DNA of 61,978 nt, the filler included. It is 9 parts of 9 records of this genome, joined end to end, with 100 filler letters (N's around TTAATTAATTAA, not from the genome) between each part and the next. Parts side by side here need not be neighbours in the genome. Positions count along the whole stretch, not along the records: positions 28,187 to 34,131 come from SRR31156797_46689; positions 34,232 to 39,987 come from SRR31156797_46720; positions 40,088 to 49,675 come from SRR31156797_46723; 6 more parts are not named here. One strand, given 5' to 3'. Under the pieces are notes generated by a model. That model made no database searches and was not told where the DNA came from. It saw nothing but the letters and a program-made list of their open reading frames with translations. Positions 30,300-40,088 of this stretch are shown piece after piece (position 1 is the first letter of the stretch; each line of letters opens with the position of its first letter). A program made the translations under genes and the position numbers.

Positions 30300-31106
30300 T
30301 CAGCCTTTCATTTTTTCGATCTCTTTGACTTCCCTGCGACTTCCCAAGGTGCTGACGTTAAGTCCCATGCCGCCGTCAATAGGAATACTTATTCCATTGA
30401 TATAGGCTGCATGGTCGGAGGCAAGAAAGGCAATCAGGCGTCCCATTTCCTCGACCCGCCCGAAACGACGGGCAGGGATGGCGGCCAGCGAGTTGGCCTT
30501 GATCTCATCGGGCATCATGTTGACCAGTTCGGTGCCGATCAAACCGGGTAAAACAGCATTACAAGTAATGCCGTCCCTGGCGTGCTCCAGGGTTACGGTC
30601 TTTGTCAGACCGAGCAATCCGGCTTTACTGGAAGCGTACCCGATCTGTTTATGCAAACCTCCTGTGGCGGCGCCGGATGAAATATTAATAATGCGCCCCC
30701 ATTTCTTTTCAATCATTGGGCCGATGACTTCTTTTATCATGTTAAAGGCCCCCGATAGATTGATTGAGAGTTCCCGTTGCCAGGACTCGTGGGTCATTTT
30801 GGTTAAACGCGCAATATTAGCGACCAATCCTGCATTATTAACAAGAATATCAATGTCGCCCAAGGCCTGACGGATCTTTTCCACACCATCATGGATTTGC
30901 TCAGGATCCGCCACGTCAAAAATAGCGCTTTCGGACCGGCCGCCCATTTCACGGATTTCTTGGGCCGTATTTTCTACTTCAGGCAGGATGTCCGCAACAC
31001 CCACGGCAGCGCCTTCTTCGGCCAGCACCAAGGCGGCGGCCTTGCCTATGCCTCTGGCCGCGCCCGTAATTAATGCCGATTTTCCTTTTAGAAGCACGGA
31101 GGTCAT
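30300..31106 (-). CDS. SDR oxidoreductase (3-oxoacyl/3-hydroxyacyl-CoA type)
   Basis: TGAARGIG, NNAG, YASSK, PGLIGT; Asp after beta2 suggests NAD preference. Confidence 0.9.
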   Translation of the reverse strand: MTSVLLKGKSALITGAARGIGKAAALVLAEEGAAVGVADILPEVENTAQEIREMGGRSESAIFDVADPEQIHDGVEKIRQALGDIDILVNNAGLVANIARLTKMTHESWQRELSINLSGAFNMIKEVIGPMIEKKWGRIINISSGAATGGLHKQIGYASSKAGLLGLTKTVTLEHARDGITCNAVLPGLIGTELVNMMPDEIKANSLAAIPARRFGRVEEMGRLIAFLASDHAAYINGISIPIDGGMGLNVSTLGSRREVKEIEKMKG

Positions 31107-31113
31107 CTCCTTC

Positions 31114-32733
31114 CTATAAGTCTTTTATCGCGGCTTTGATAACTTTGCCGCCGGGATTCTTCGGAAGCATTTCCTTGGTAAACACAACATATTTGGGTTT
31201 CTTATAGCTGGCGATATGTTTTTTACAGTGCTCGATGATCTCATCTTCCGCAGCCGTCATGCCCGGTTTCAAGAAAATAACGGCTTTCACCGCCTCCTGC
31301 ATCACCTGGTCGGGAACGCCGACAACGGCAGCTTCCATGACAGACGGGTGCTGCATAAGAGCGTTTTCCACTTCCAGGCAATAAATGTTTTCTCCTCCGG
31401 AAACGATCATGTCCTTTAAGCGGTCCACAATATAGACATAACCGTCCTCGTCCATATATCCCATATCGCCGGTGTGGAGCCAGCCGTCCACAAATGTATT
31501 TCGGTCGGCCTCGGGCTTGTTCCAATAACCTTGAACTACGGTGGGGCCCTGGATGCAAACTTCACCCACTTCCCTGGTCGGGAGGTCGTCGCCGCTTTGA
31601 GGCTCTACGATTTTAACCTGCAACACCGGCATGGGCTTGCCTACTGATTCGGGGATGCGCAGGATGTCTTCATGGGTGTTCCAGGTGGCGATGGATGTCG
31701 CTTCGGTCAATCCGTAAACATTTCCGAATTGTACATTTGGAAAGGCGCTGGTCATTTGATTGAATAATTCAACAGGCACCGGGCTTCCGCCAAAGATAAA
31801 CAATTTAAGGGAGCTTAAATCGAAATCCTGGTACGGGGCCATGTTCAGGATCACCCAAAACATGGTCGCCACGCCCGCGCCAAGGGTTATCTTTTCTTCC
31901 TGAATCCTGGTCAAGGTGTCAACAGGATCAAACGCTGAGCGAATAATCGAGCAACCGCCGCTTATCACTCCCATCCCCGTTTGTGAATTAATCCCGGTAG
32001 CATGGAACATGGGGGCGATAATAAGCTGACGAGAATTTTCATCCACCTGGCTCATTTTTAATCCATTGACGGCATTACAGACATAGTTACGATGTGTTTG
32101 CAAAGCCCCTTTCGGCAGGCCGGTCGTCCCGGATGTATACAGTATCGCCGCGCCGTCATCCTCGGTTACCGGGGGATCAGCAACGATCTTTTGGCCAGAA
32201 TCATTTTTTAAAAGATCATTATAGCTGCCGGCTTCATCCGGGATTTCGTCGCCGGTGACGTAAATCCCTTTCAGGGTTTCCACATTGTCCTTGATTCCGT
32301 TTATCGTTTCCAAAAATTCCGGCCCCATTAAGAGGATATTCGCACCGGAATCATTCAACATGTATTCCAATTCAGGCCCGGCGCACCGCCAGTTCAGCAG
32401 GACATTGACAGCGCCAAGGCGTGCGTTGGCGAAATAGGAAACAACATATTCCCACGAATTGGCCATCAGGATTGCTACCCGGTCGCCTTTTTTTACTCCG
32501 AGATTCCTTAAGGAACCCGCTAAATTGTTGCAGAGCCGCTCAAATTCGTTATAGGTGAGTCTGGCGTTATCATCCACCAAGGCTTCGTGTTCGCCAAATT
32601 TACCAACTGTATTTTCCAGCATTTCAACAATTGTCCTGGGGCGATCCTGGTACACATTAATCTCAACGCCGTTGTAAACTTCCTGAACAATTCCTTCATA
32701 GGCTTCAGCGGGAAAACTACCTTTTTCCATCAT
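31114..32733 (-). CDS. Acyl-CoA synthetase (class I adenylate-forming)
   Basis: YTSGTTGLPKG, YGLTEA, GWLHTGD, DRLKDMIVSGGENIY, PGGKV. Confidence 0.95.
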   Translation of the reverse strand: MMEKGSFPAEAYEGIVQEVYNGVEINVYQDRPRTIVEMLENTVGKFGEHEALVDDNARLTYNEFERLCNNLAGSLRNLGVKKGDRVAILMANSWEYVVSYFANARLGAVNVLLNWRCAGPELEYMLNDSGANILLMGPEFLETINGIKDNVETLKGIYVTGDEIPDEAGSYNDLLKNDSGQKIVADPPVTEDDGAAILYTSGTTGLPKGALQTHRNYVCNAVNGLKMSQVDENSRQLIIAPMFHATGINSQTGMGVISGGCSIIRSAFDPVDTLTRIQEEKITLGAGVATMFWVILNMAPYQDFDLSSLKLFIFGGSPVPVELFNQMTSAFPNVQFGNVYGLTEATSIATWNTHEDILRIPESVGKPMPVLQVKIVEPQSGDDLPTREVGEVCIQGPTVVQGYWNKPEADRNTFVDGWLHTGDMGYMDEDGYVYIVDRLKDMIVSGGENIYCLEVENALMQHPSVMEAAVVGVPDQVMQEAVKAVIFLKPGMTAAEDEIIEHCKKHIASYKKPKYVVFTKEMLPKNPGGKVIKAAIKDL

Positions 32734-32787
32734 AATCCTCCTTAGTCACTATGAATCCAAATCAGAATTTGAAAGTCGAGTTCCGCA

Positions 32788-33768
32788 TTATTCGCCGTTA
32801 AAGAGGCGCCGTGGATTGTCTTCAATTATGGTTTTAATTTGTTCATCGTTTACTCCGCCTTGTTTCAGGGCGGGGATAATGTTTTTGAACAGATGAGTTG
32901 GATACCAATTGGCAACTAACGGCAAAGCAGCTTCCGGCAGATTCAAAGGTCGGCCCAACCAGGTCATGATCGTATCATGAGAAATCATCATTTTATCGGC
33001 GTTTCCTCTTTTGATCAATTCAATCAAAACCTTATACCTATCTTCATCCATGGGGCAACCAGCCAGACCTTGAAGACCCATTCGGTCCCAAGACACGTAT
33101 ACGCCCCTTTTGAGTGTATCTTCCTGGTAATCCAGATCCAGATTGTCGGACATATGGCCGATCATGAGACGTTTGGGATCCGCCCCGTTTGCGATTAGAA
33201 AATCAGCCTGTTCCGGCGCCATGGTACCTTCGTGGGTATGAGTGATTATCGGCACTCCCGTATCTCTTGAAACTTCAGCAGCGGCCTTGAAAATCATTTT
33301 TTCGTAATCAGTGATCTCCCCCTTGCTGGAGCCTACTTTTATAACGCCGGCTTTAATGCCTGTTCCACAGATGCCTTCCGTCACTTCCTTATGGAAAAGC
33401 TCATACAATTCGCCGCTGACTTCTCCCAGGGAAGCGCGAAACTTCCAATAGGTTGGAGATCCTTCCTCTTCGAAATAGTATCCAGTCGAGCAGATGATGT
33501 TTACGCCGGTTTTTTCGGAAACTTCTTTCAAGACTTCCACATTTCGACCGCCGTCCAGAGGCGTGGCGTCCACGTAGCTTTTCAAGCCATAGCCTTTTAA
33601 TTCCTCGAAGACGGCCATAGCATTGTTGACAATGGCCTCCGGATCAAAAGGGGCGATAGTCCGGTCGCCTTCCCATCCCGGATAACCAAAAAAAACGTGT
33701 TCGTGCATTAATGTAATGCCCAGTTCATCCGTGGAAATAGGACCCAAAACCGTGTTCACTTGCGCCAT
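32788..33768 (-). CDS. Phosphotriesterase-like lactonase/hydrolase
   Basis: VNTVLGPI, TLMHEH, GVIKVG (carboxylated Lys site), ITHT, IGH, ISHD binuclear metal ligands. Confidence 0.92.
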   Translation of the reverse strand: MAQVNTVLGPISTDELGITLMHEHVFFGYPGWEGDRTIAPFDPEAIVNNAMAVFEELKGYGLKSYVDATPLDGGRNVEVLKEVSEKTGVNIICSTGYYFEEEGSPTYWKFRASLGEVSGELYELFHKEVTEGICGTGIKAGVIKVGSSKGEITDYEKMIFKAAAEVSRDTGVPIITHTHEGTMAPEQADFLIANGADPKRLMIGHMSDNLDLDYQEDTLKRGVYVSWDRMGLQGLAGCPMDEDRYKVLIELIKRGNADKMMISHDTIMTWLGRPLNLPEAALPLVANWYPTHLFKNIIPALKQGGVNDEQIKTIIEDNPRRLFNGE

Positions 33769-33964
33769 GAGAGTTCCTCCTTTTCAACATTGTTTAAGTC
33801 TTAATCAGAAAGCATTACTCATTTTTGCGTCGTCAGCCTGTTATACTCGGCCTACAGACCCGAATTTTATATCTGCGCTAATTACAGTTATTATCCTTTC
33901 CATTCTCCGTTTGATTCAGGACAGGTTTTATTACAAGCCGCATTTTATTTAAGATTACTTCTGT

Positions 33965-34131
33965 TCAGGCTTTTTTAAGGGCGATTGCTTCAACGACCAA
34001 TTCCTCGGCCAGCTTGAGTGTCGGCTGTAAATGGATATCTTCATGTTTAGATTGAGATTTTATGCCGTCAAGTTGGATAACGCCGACAAAAAGCCCCCAA
34101 AGGATGTCCGTCAACTGGAAGACGTTCATCC
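33965..34131 (-). CDS. Probable TetR-family regulator, C-terminal fragment
   Basis: ...LTDILWGLFVGVIQL...HLQPTLKLAEELVVEAI* resembles deltaproteobacterial TetR C-termini; HTH not in window. Confidence 0.5.
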
Positions 34132-34232
34132 NNNNNNNNNNNNNNNNNNNNNNNNNNNNNNNNNNNNNNNNNNNNTTAATTAATTAANNNNNNNNNNNNN
34201 NNNNNNNNNNNNNNNNNNNNNNNNNNNNNNNC

Positions 34233-34580
34233 GACGTGGCCAGAGGAACGGCCAATATAGCGCGCCAGATGGCCGGCGACGAGGTGCCGATGGCCTGGTG
34301 TGCCGGCAATCCGGATCGGGGGCTCGGCACCGACGTGGCATCAATAAAAAGGGCTATTGAACAGGTGCTGAGCCCAGCCGGTGTCGCCATTCTGGTCGAT
34401 CTGGGAGGCGCCGAGACCAACAGCGAGATGGCCATCGAAATGCTGCCTGAAGAATACCAGTCGCTGGTGGTGATCTGCAATGCGCCGATTGTCGAAGGCG
34501 CGGTGATGGCCGCCACCGAGTCGGCGGGTGGCGGCAGCCTCGATGAGGTCCGCGCCACTGCCGAAGAGCTGTCGCCCTAA
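34233..34580 (+). CDS. dhaM: Dihydroxyacetone kinase phosphotransfer subunit (EIIA-Man-like), 5'-truncated
   Basis: GLGTD, ILVDLGGAETNSEMAIE, NAPIVEGAVMAA. Confidence 0.88.
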   Translation, partial: DVARGTANIARQMAGDEVPMAWCAGNPDRGLGTDVASIKRAIEQVLSPAGVAILVDLGGAETNSEMAIEMLPEEYQSLVVICNAPIVEGAVMAATESAGGGSLDEVRATAEELSP

Positions 34581-34787
34581 CAGTTATGTCGGGCATTTGT
34601 CCCGGAGTTGATTGGACGGGTAGCCGCATACGGGGCGGCCACGGGCAAGGACCTCAGTCTGTGTGGTGATATGCCCCCCGAACCGGAATGCACGCCGGCC
34701 ATTCTCCATGTGGGGATCAAGTGTCTTTCAGTGGCCCCGGCCGCATTGGCCAAGGTCAAGGAGGCCGTTTCACAATATGGGAAATGA
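34581..34787 (+). pseudogene. ptsI: C-terminal remnant of PTS Enzyme I
   Basis: Translates QLCRAFVPELIGRVAAYGAATGKDLSLCGDMPPEPECTPAILHVGIKCLSVAPAALAKVKEAV, matching the EI tail (CGE/DM...LS....I..VK); N-terminal part absent. Confidence 0.75.
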
Positions 34788-35235
34788 TATGGATAAAGTC
34801 ATCGTGGAACCCACCGCAGACCAGCCAAAAGACGAGCTGGTTGCCGAATACAAAGGCATTCTGCAGGGACTGATCAATCTACGCCCATCCGGCACCCGCA
34901 TGAAAATCGCCCGGGCCCTGAATAAGAATAAAAGCTTTGTATCGCAAATCACCAACCCGTCTTATTCGATTCCGGTCCCTGCCAAGCATCTGAGCGCCAT
35001 TTTTGATCTTTGCCGATTTTCGTTCAAAGAACGTGAAACTTTTCTAAAGGCTTACACGGCTGCGCACCCCAACTACCACTACCGGGTTGAAACAACGGTC
35101 AAAGCACCGGTTAAGCATCGCAAACTGATAATCGAAATTCCCATGCTCAAGGATCACGCCGAACAACGGAAAATAGAAGAGATGATCCGAAGTTTCGCCC
35201 ATCAGCTTTTTGAGCTGGTACTGGGGAAGAAGTAG
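34777..35235 (+). CDS. Uncharacterised protein with putative HTH
   Basis: RPSGTRMKIARALNKNKSFVSQITNP helix-turn-helix-like; SD AAGGAGG before ATG 34777. Confidence 0.7.
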   Translation: MGNDMDKVIVEPTADQPKDELVAEYKGILQGLINLRPSGTRMKIARALNKNKSFVSQITNPSYSIPVPAKHLSAIFDLCRFSFKERETFLKAYTAAHPNYHYRVETTVKAPVKHRKLIIEIPMLKDHAEQRKIEEMIRSFAHQLFELVLGKK

Positions 35236-35500
35236 ACGGATGGGCGGAGCCCAGCAGCATTTCACGAAATATGCGTCGATGATTCGAAATCCATTTTTCT
35301 TATTGAGCTCCTATTCTACTGAAATAGATGGATATTTTAGTGGAAAGCGTTTTTTATAAAATTTCATAAAAAATGAAAAAAATAATTGACATTCAGTTTA
35401 GTTTAGTTTAGGGATTAACTTAACTATGCGCTTCTCCTTTAATGGAGCGCCGGCCGTTCACCCCATGTAACCCGTAAAATTCATTTTTAAAGGAGGTCTA

Positions 35501-36862
35501 ATGATGAGATTTTCGCTTCAAAACAAACTAAAGGGTCTGTTTGTCATGGTCGCAATTTTTTCTGTCGGATTGCTCGCGCTTGCTGCCGGACCCGCGCATG
35601 CCGACGATGACAAGTTCATCACCCTGGGATGGGCGGCCTGGGACCCGGCCAATGCATTGGTTGAATTGTCCAAGGATTTCACAAAGCAAACCGGAATCAA
35701 GGTCAAATTCGAATTCGTTCCCTGGCCCAACTTTGCCGACAGGATGTTAAACGAACTAAACCAGGGAGGTAAGACATTTGATGTTTTGATCGGGGATAGT
35801 CAATGGATCGGCGGAGGGGCGGTATACGGGCATTATGTAAAATTGAATAATTTCTTTGACAAGGAAGGCATTGACATGGCCAACTTCCTTGCGCCCACCG
35901 TCTACGGCTATTCCACCTGGCCTAAAGGGACCCCCAATTATTACGCCTTGCCTGCTTTCGGCGATGCCAACGCCTGGACTTACCGAAAAGACTGGTTTGA
36001 AAAACCGGAACTTCAAAAAGAATTTAAGAAGAAACATGGATATCCGCTGGCGCCGCCCAAAACATGGACGGAGTTGAAGGATATTGCCAAATTTTTTCAG
36101 GGGCGTGTCATTGACGGCAAGAAACGGTATGGGGTCGCCATCTTTACGGAAAGGGGCTCCGAAGGGATTACCATGGGGGTTACCTCCGCCCTGTATGCCT
36201 GGGGATTTCAATATCAGGACCCGAACAAACCGTACCATATGGAAGGATATGTAAACAGCCCCAATGCCGTGGAAGCATTGGAATTCTATAAGGACCTCTA
36301 CGAATGCTGCACGCCTCCGGGCCATTCCGACGCCTACATGTCGGCGGACCTGGATGCCTATACCTCCGGCCAGGTGGCCATGCAGATGAACTGGTACGCC
36401 TTTTTCCCCGGCATCAACAAGAATGAAAAGGTTGGATTCGGAAAGACCGGCTTCTTTTCCAATCCCGACCAACTGTCCCCCGGCGCAACACTTGGCGGAC
36501 AGGGCATGTCGGTGGTCTCCTATTCCGACAAGAAGGATCTGGCGCTTCAGTACATCAAATGGTTTGCCCAACCCGAAGTTCAGAAAAAATGGTGGAAACT
36601 GGGGGGGTATTCATGTCATAAAGCGGTTCTTCTCGACCCCAAATTCGCGGAATCACAGCCTTACGCCCAGGGTTTTCTCGACTCAATGGAAAAAGTCAAG
36701 GATTTCTGGCAGGAACCCTTTTTCGTGGAGTTGATGCTGCCCATGCAAAAACGTGTTCACGATTATGTGGTCGGCAACAAGGGTACTGCAAAAGAAGCCC
36801 TCGATAAACTCAAAGACGACTGGGAAGAAGTTTTCATAGAAGAGGGAAAGCTCAAGAAATAG
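35501..36862 (+). CDS. Sugar/polyol ABC transporter substrate-binding protein
   Basis: Signal peptide, WAAWDPAN, DSQWIG, PPKTWTEL, LGGQG; strong SD. Confidence 0.92.
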   Translation: MMRFSLQNKLKGLFVMVAIFSVGLLALAAGPAHADDDKFITLGWAAWDPANALVELSKDFTKQTGIKVKFEFVPWPNFADRMLNELNQGGKTFDVLIGDSQWIGGGAVYGHYVKLNNFFDKEGIDMANFLAPTVYGYSTWPKGTPNYYALPAFGDANAWTYRKDWFEKPELQKEFKKKHGYPLAPPKTWTELKDIAKFFQGRVIDGKKRYGVAIFTERGSEGITMGVTSALYAWGFQYQDPNKPYHMEGYVNSPNAVEALEFYKDLYECCTPPGHSDAYMSADLDAYTSGQVAMQMNWYAFFPGINKNEKVGFGKTGFFSNPDQLSPGATLGGQGMSVVSYSDKKDLALQYIKWFAQPEVQKKWWKLGGYSCHKAVLLDPKFAESQPYAQGFLDSMEKVKDFWQEPFFVELMLPMQKRVHDYVVGNKGTAKEALDKLKDDWEEVFIEEGKLKK

Positions 36863-36954
36863 ACCTCCTATTCGGCATTCTCCATAAGGGCATAAATTAT
36901 GGGGAATGCTTTCTTGTTTTTTCATTTTCATGCCAGCACATAACAAATTAATAT

Positions 36955-37860
36955 ATGCTAAAAACAATCAATCATAAACTGTTGAACATGTCAGACCGTG
37001 CCATGGCATGGCTCTTTACCCTTCCCACCATCATTTTATTACTCTTTATCAATATCTACCCCCTTATCTGGACGGTCTATCTCTCTTTCACGAACTATAA
37101 GGCCAATAGACGCGGCGTTGAAATTGCGTGGGTCGGATTGAAATGGTATGAAAAAATACTAACCAGCGAAGATGTATGGCTGAATTTGCAGGCCACGGCG
37201 CATTTTTTGTTCTGGACTATTTTTCTTCAAGCCCTCCTCGGTCTCACCTTGGCGCTCCTGCTGAATAAAAAATTCAGAGGGCATGAACTGTTGACGACAG
37301 TCGTTGTTCTGCCCATGATGCTTTCACCGGCGGTGGTGGGCGTTTTTTGGAAATACATATACCAGCCCCAGGCGGGTCTCTTCAATTATATCGTTAATGC
37401 CATACACAATTTCGGTGAATTTACCATGATCGGCAATGTCTCCCTGGCCCCCTGGAGTATCATTATTGTGGATACATGGATGTGGACGCCGTTTGTAATG
37501 CTCATGTGCCTGGCAGGCCTAAGATCTATCCCCGAATATCTCTACGAAGCCGCGGAAGTCGACCGGGCCAGTAAATGGCAGCAGTTCATACACATCACCC
37601 TCCCTTCGGTGCTCCCCTTTTTGATGCTGGCGGTATTGCTCAGGGGCATAGAGAATTTCAAGATGTTCGACCTTGTCAATGAACTGACGGGCGGTGGGCC
37701 CGGATCCATTACGGAGTTGGCTTCCATACACCTTAAGAGGGCCGCCTTTGAGAAATGGAGAACCGGTTATAGCTCCGCTTTTGCCGTCATTCTTTTTGTG
37801 GCGGTTTTGGGAGCGGGAAACATCTACGTCAAGTTCTTGAATAAACTAAAAGAGAAATAA
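36955..37860 (+). CDS. Carbohydrate ABC permease 1
   Basis: EAA motif LYEAAEVDRASKWQQF..ITLP. Confidence 0.93.
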   Translation: MLKTINHKLLNMSDRAMAWLFTLPTIILLLFINIYPLIWTVYLSFTNYKANRRGVEIAWVGLKWYEKILTSEDVWLNLQATAHFLFWTIFLQALLGLTLALLLNKKFRGHELLTTVVVLPMMLSPAVVGVFWKYIYQPQAGLFNYIVNAIHNFGEFTMIGNVSLAPWSIIIVDTWMWTPFVMLMCLAGLRSIPEYLYEAAEVDRASKWQQFIHITLPSVLPFLMLAVLLRGIENFKMFDLVNELTGGGPGSITELASIHLKRAAFEKWRTGYSSAFAVILFVAVLGAGNIYVKFLNKLKEK

Positions 37861-37866
37861 CCGATC

Positions 37867-38823
37867 ATGTCAGCGCCCAAGGATACAACCCGATCTCCAT
37901 TGGAACCCTCCGGAAGCAGCCGGAAAATTGCCGCCTTTTTGATTATTCTTTATGCCGCCGTATCCTTCATCCCCATGGTATTGATCGTATCGACCGCCTT
38001 TAAAAGCGTTAGCGATGCCATTTCCTATCCGCCGAAAATCCTTTCCGAAGCGTCCCTTGAAGGGTTCGTCAATCTATTCACCCAGAGGACCCGGCAATCG
38101 GCCGATTATCTGAAAACATTGCCGCCTCCCGAAACGTGGTATGAAGAAATTGTCCGCAAAAGACAGATGGTCATCGCCGGGCCTTCGCGTTTTTTCCACC
38201 GGTTTGTCAATTCCATCATTATCGGTTTCGGCGCCACCTTTTTTTCGGTTTTCTTTGGTACCATTGCGGCATATGCCTTTTCCAGGTTTCGGATACCCCT
38301 TAAAGACGATCTTCTCTTTTTTGTCCTCTCCACGCGCATGTTTCCCCCCATCGCGGCAGCGGTTCCCATCTTTTTGATGTACCGGAAACTGGGCTTGAGC
38401 GATTCACACTTAGGGATGATTATGCTTTATACCGTTGTGAATCTAAGCTTGTCGGTATGGTTATTAAAGGGCTTTATCGATGAAATCCCCAGGGAATATG
38501 AAGACGCGGCCATGGTGGACGGTTACTCAAGAATGAGCGCCTTTTTTAAGATCATTTTACCCCAGGCGGCCACCGGTATTGCCGCCACCGCCATTTTCTG
38601 TTTGATTTTCGCATGGAATGAATATGCCTTTGCCATTCTGCTGACGTTCCGGGAAGCTCAGACACTACCGCCTTTCATCCCGACCATCATAGGGGAGGGA
38701 GGTTTGGATTGGCCGGCCATCTCGGCAGCCACCATGATCTTTTTGCTGCCGGTGGTTGTTTTTACGATTTTCTTGAGAAAACACTTGTTAAGGGGCATCA
38801 CATTTGGAGCTGTTAAACGATGA
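37867..38823 (+). CDS. Carbohydrate ABC permease 2
   Basis: EYEDAAMVDG, FAWNEY. Confidence 0.93.
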   Translation: MSAPKDTTRSPLEPSGSSRKIAAFLIILYAAVSFIPMVLIVSTAFKSVSDAISYPPKILSEASLEGFVNLFTQRTRQSADYLKTLPPPETWYEEIVRKRQMVIAGPSRFFHRFVNSIIIGFGATFFSVFFGTIAAYAFSRFRIPLKDDLLFFVLSTRMFPPIAAAVPIFLMYRKLGLSDSHLGMIMLYTVVNLSLSVWLLKGFIDEIPREYEDAAMVDGYSRMSAFFKIILPQAATGIAATAIFCLIFAWNEYAFAILLTFREAQTLPPFIPTIIGEGGLDWPAISAATMIFLLPVVVFTIFLRKHLLRGITFGAVKR

Positions 38824-39011
38824 AAACAACAAAGGGCCGCAGATTTAAAATACTGGGCAGGAATTCACTGGAAAATATTGCATCATCCATTATCGGTTTG
38901 GGGATTTTCATGTTCATGCAGCCATTTTCTTTGTCCGTATACTCCCATTCTTTCAAGTTCATCTTGTTCGGCACCATTGCATTCATTGTGGTGAGTCACT
39001 TTCCGGAATAA
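38820..39011 (+). CDS. Small 2-TM membrane protein within ABC operon
   Basis: 63 aa, ATGA overlap with the permease stop, two hydrophobic segments. Confidence 0.7.
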   Translation: MKTTKGRRFKILGRNSLENIASSIIGLGIFMFMQPFSLSVYSHSFKFILFGTIAFIVVSHFPE

Positions 39012-39022
39012 AACGGGGAACC

Positions 39023-39987
39023 ATGGCCGAGATTGAAATAAAGGATTTAAAAAAGCAGTTTGGTGATTTCGTAGCCGTAACCAACTCCAATCTTACCATC
39101 AGGGATGGAGACTTTTTCGTGTTGCTCGGACCTTCCGGATGCGGGAAGACAACCACCTTGCGGATGATCGCCGGTCTGGAATTTCCAACCCATGGAAAAA
39201 TATTTTTAGACACGGAAGACATCACCTTTTTGCGGGCGTCCCAGAGAAACATCGCGTTTGTATTTCAAATGTTTGCGCTGTATCCGCACATGAATGTGGA
39301 AAAAAACATCGGGTTCCCTTTGAAAACCCAAGGGAAGAGCAGATCCGAAATCAGAAAAAGGGTTCTGGAAACGGCCCAATTGCTGCATCTTGATAAGGTG
39401 TTGAAATCAAAGGTTTCAGCCCTGTCGGGCGGAGACAAGCAAAGGGTTGCCTTGGGAAGGGCCATTATCCGGAGACCGAAAGCGTTCCTCATGGATGAAC
39501 CGCTCGGAAGCCTGGATGCCGAATTCAGAGAGTTGATGTCCTATGAACTCAAGAAAATGCATGATGATATTAACGCAACCACCGTTTACGTCACCCACGA
39601 CCAGAATGAAGCCATGGCCATGGGGGACCGGATCGGCATCATGGATAAGGGCGTGATGCTCCAGGCGGACGATCCGTTAACCATCTACAATAAGCCGCGG
39701 GCAAAATTCGTGGGGAGTTTCATCGGAAGCCCCGCAATGAATTTTATTGACGTTAACGCCTTTGTGCAAAAGGGAAGCACATCCGTGAAAATAAACGGTT
39801 CACAACTCACCATTCCCGAGTGTTATGAAGACACCCGTATTGATTTTAACTATCTGGGCATAAGACCTGAAAACATCAAAATTGTGGACAACGGTAATAT
39901 CAAGGGCGCCGTCTATGGTGTTGAATACCTCGGCGCCAACAAAATCATAACCGTCGACACCGAATTCGGAAGGATTAAAGCGAGAAC
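39023..39987 (+). CDS. ABC ATPase (MalK-like), 3'-truncated
   Basis: GPSGCGKTT, LSGGDKQR, LMDEP, YVTHDQ. Confidence 0.95.
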
Positions 39988-40088
39988 NNNNNNNNNNNNN
40001 NNNNNNNNNNNNNNNNNNNNNNNNNNNNNNNTTAATTAATTAANNNNNNNNNNNNNNNNNNNNNNNNNNNNNNNNNNNNNNNNNNNNG

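Noticed and set aside
34578-34580. Programmed readthrough fusing DhaM to the EI fragment
   Set aside because: The stop is TAA and the fragment is too incomplete to function; a deletion scar is simpler.
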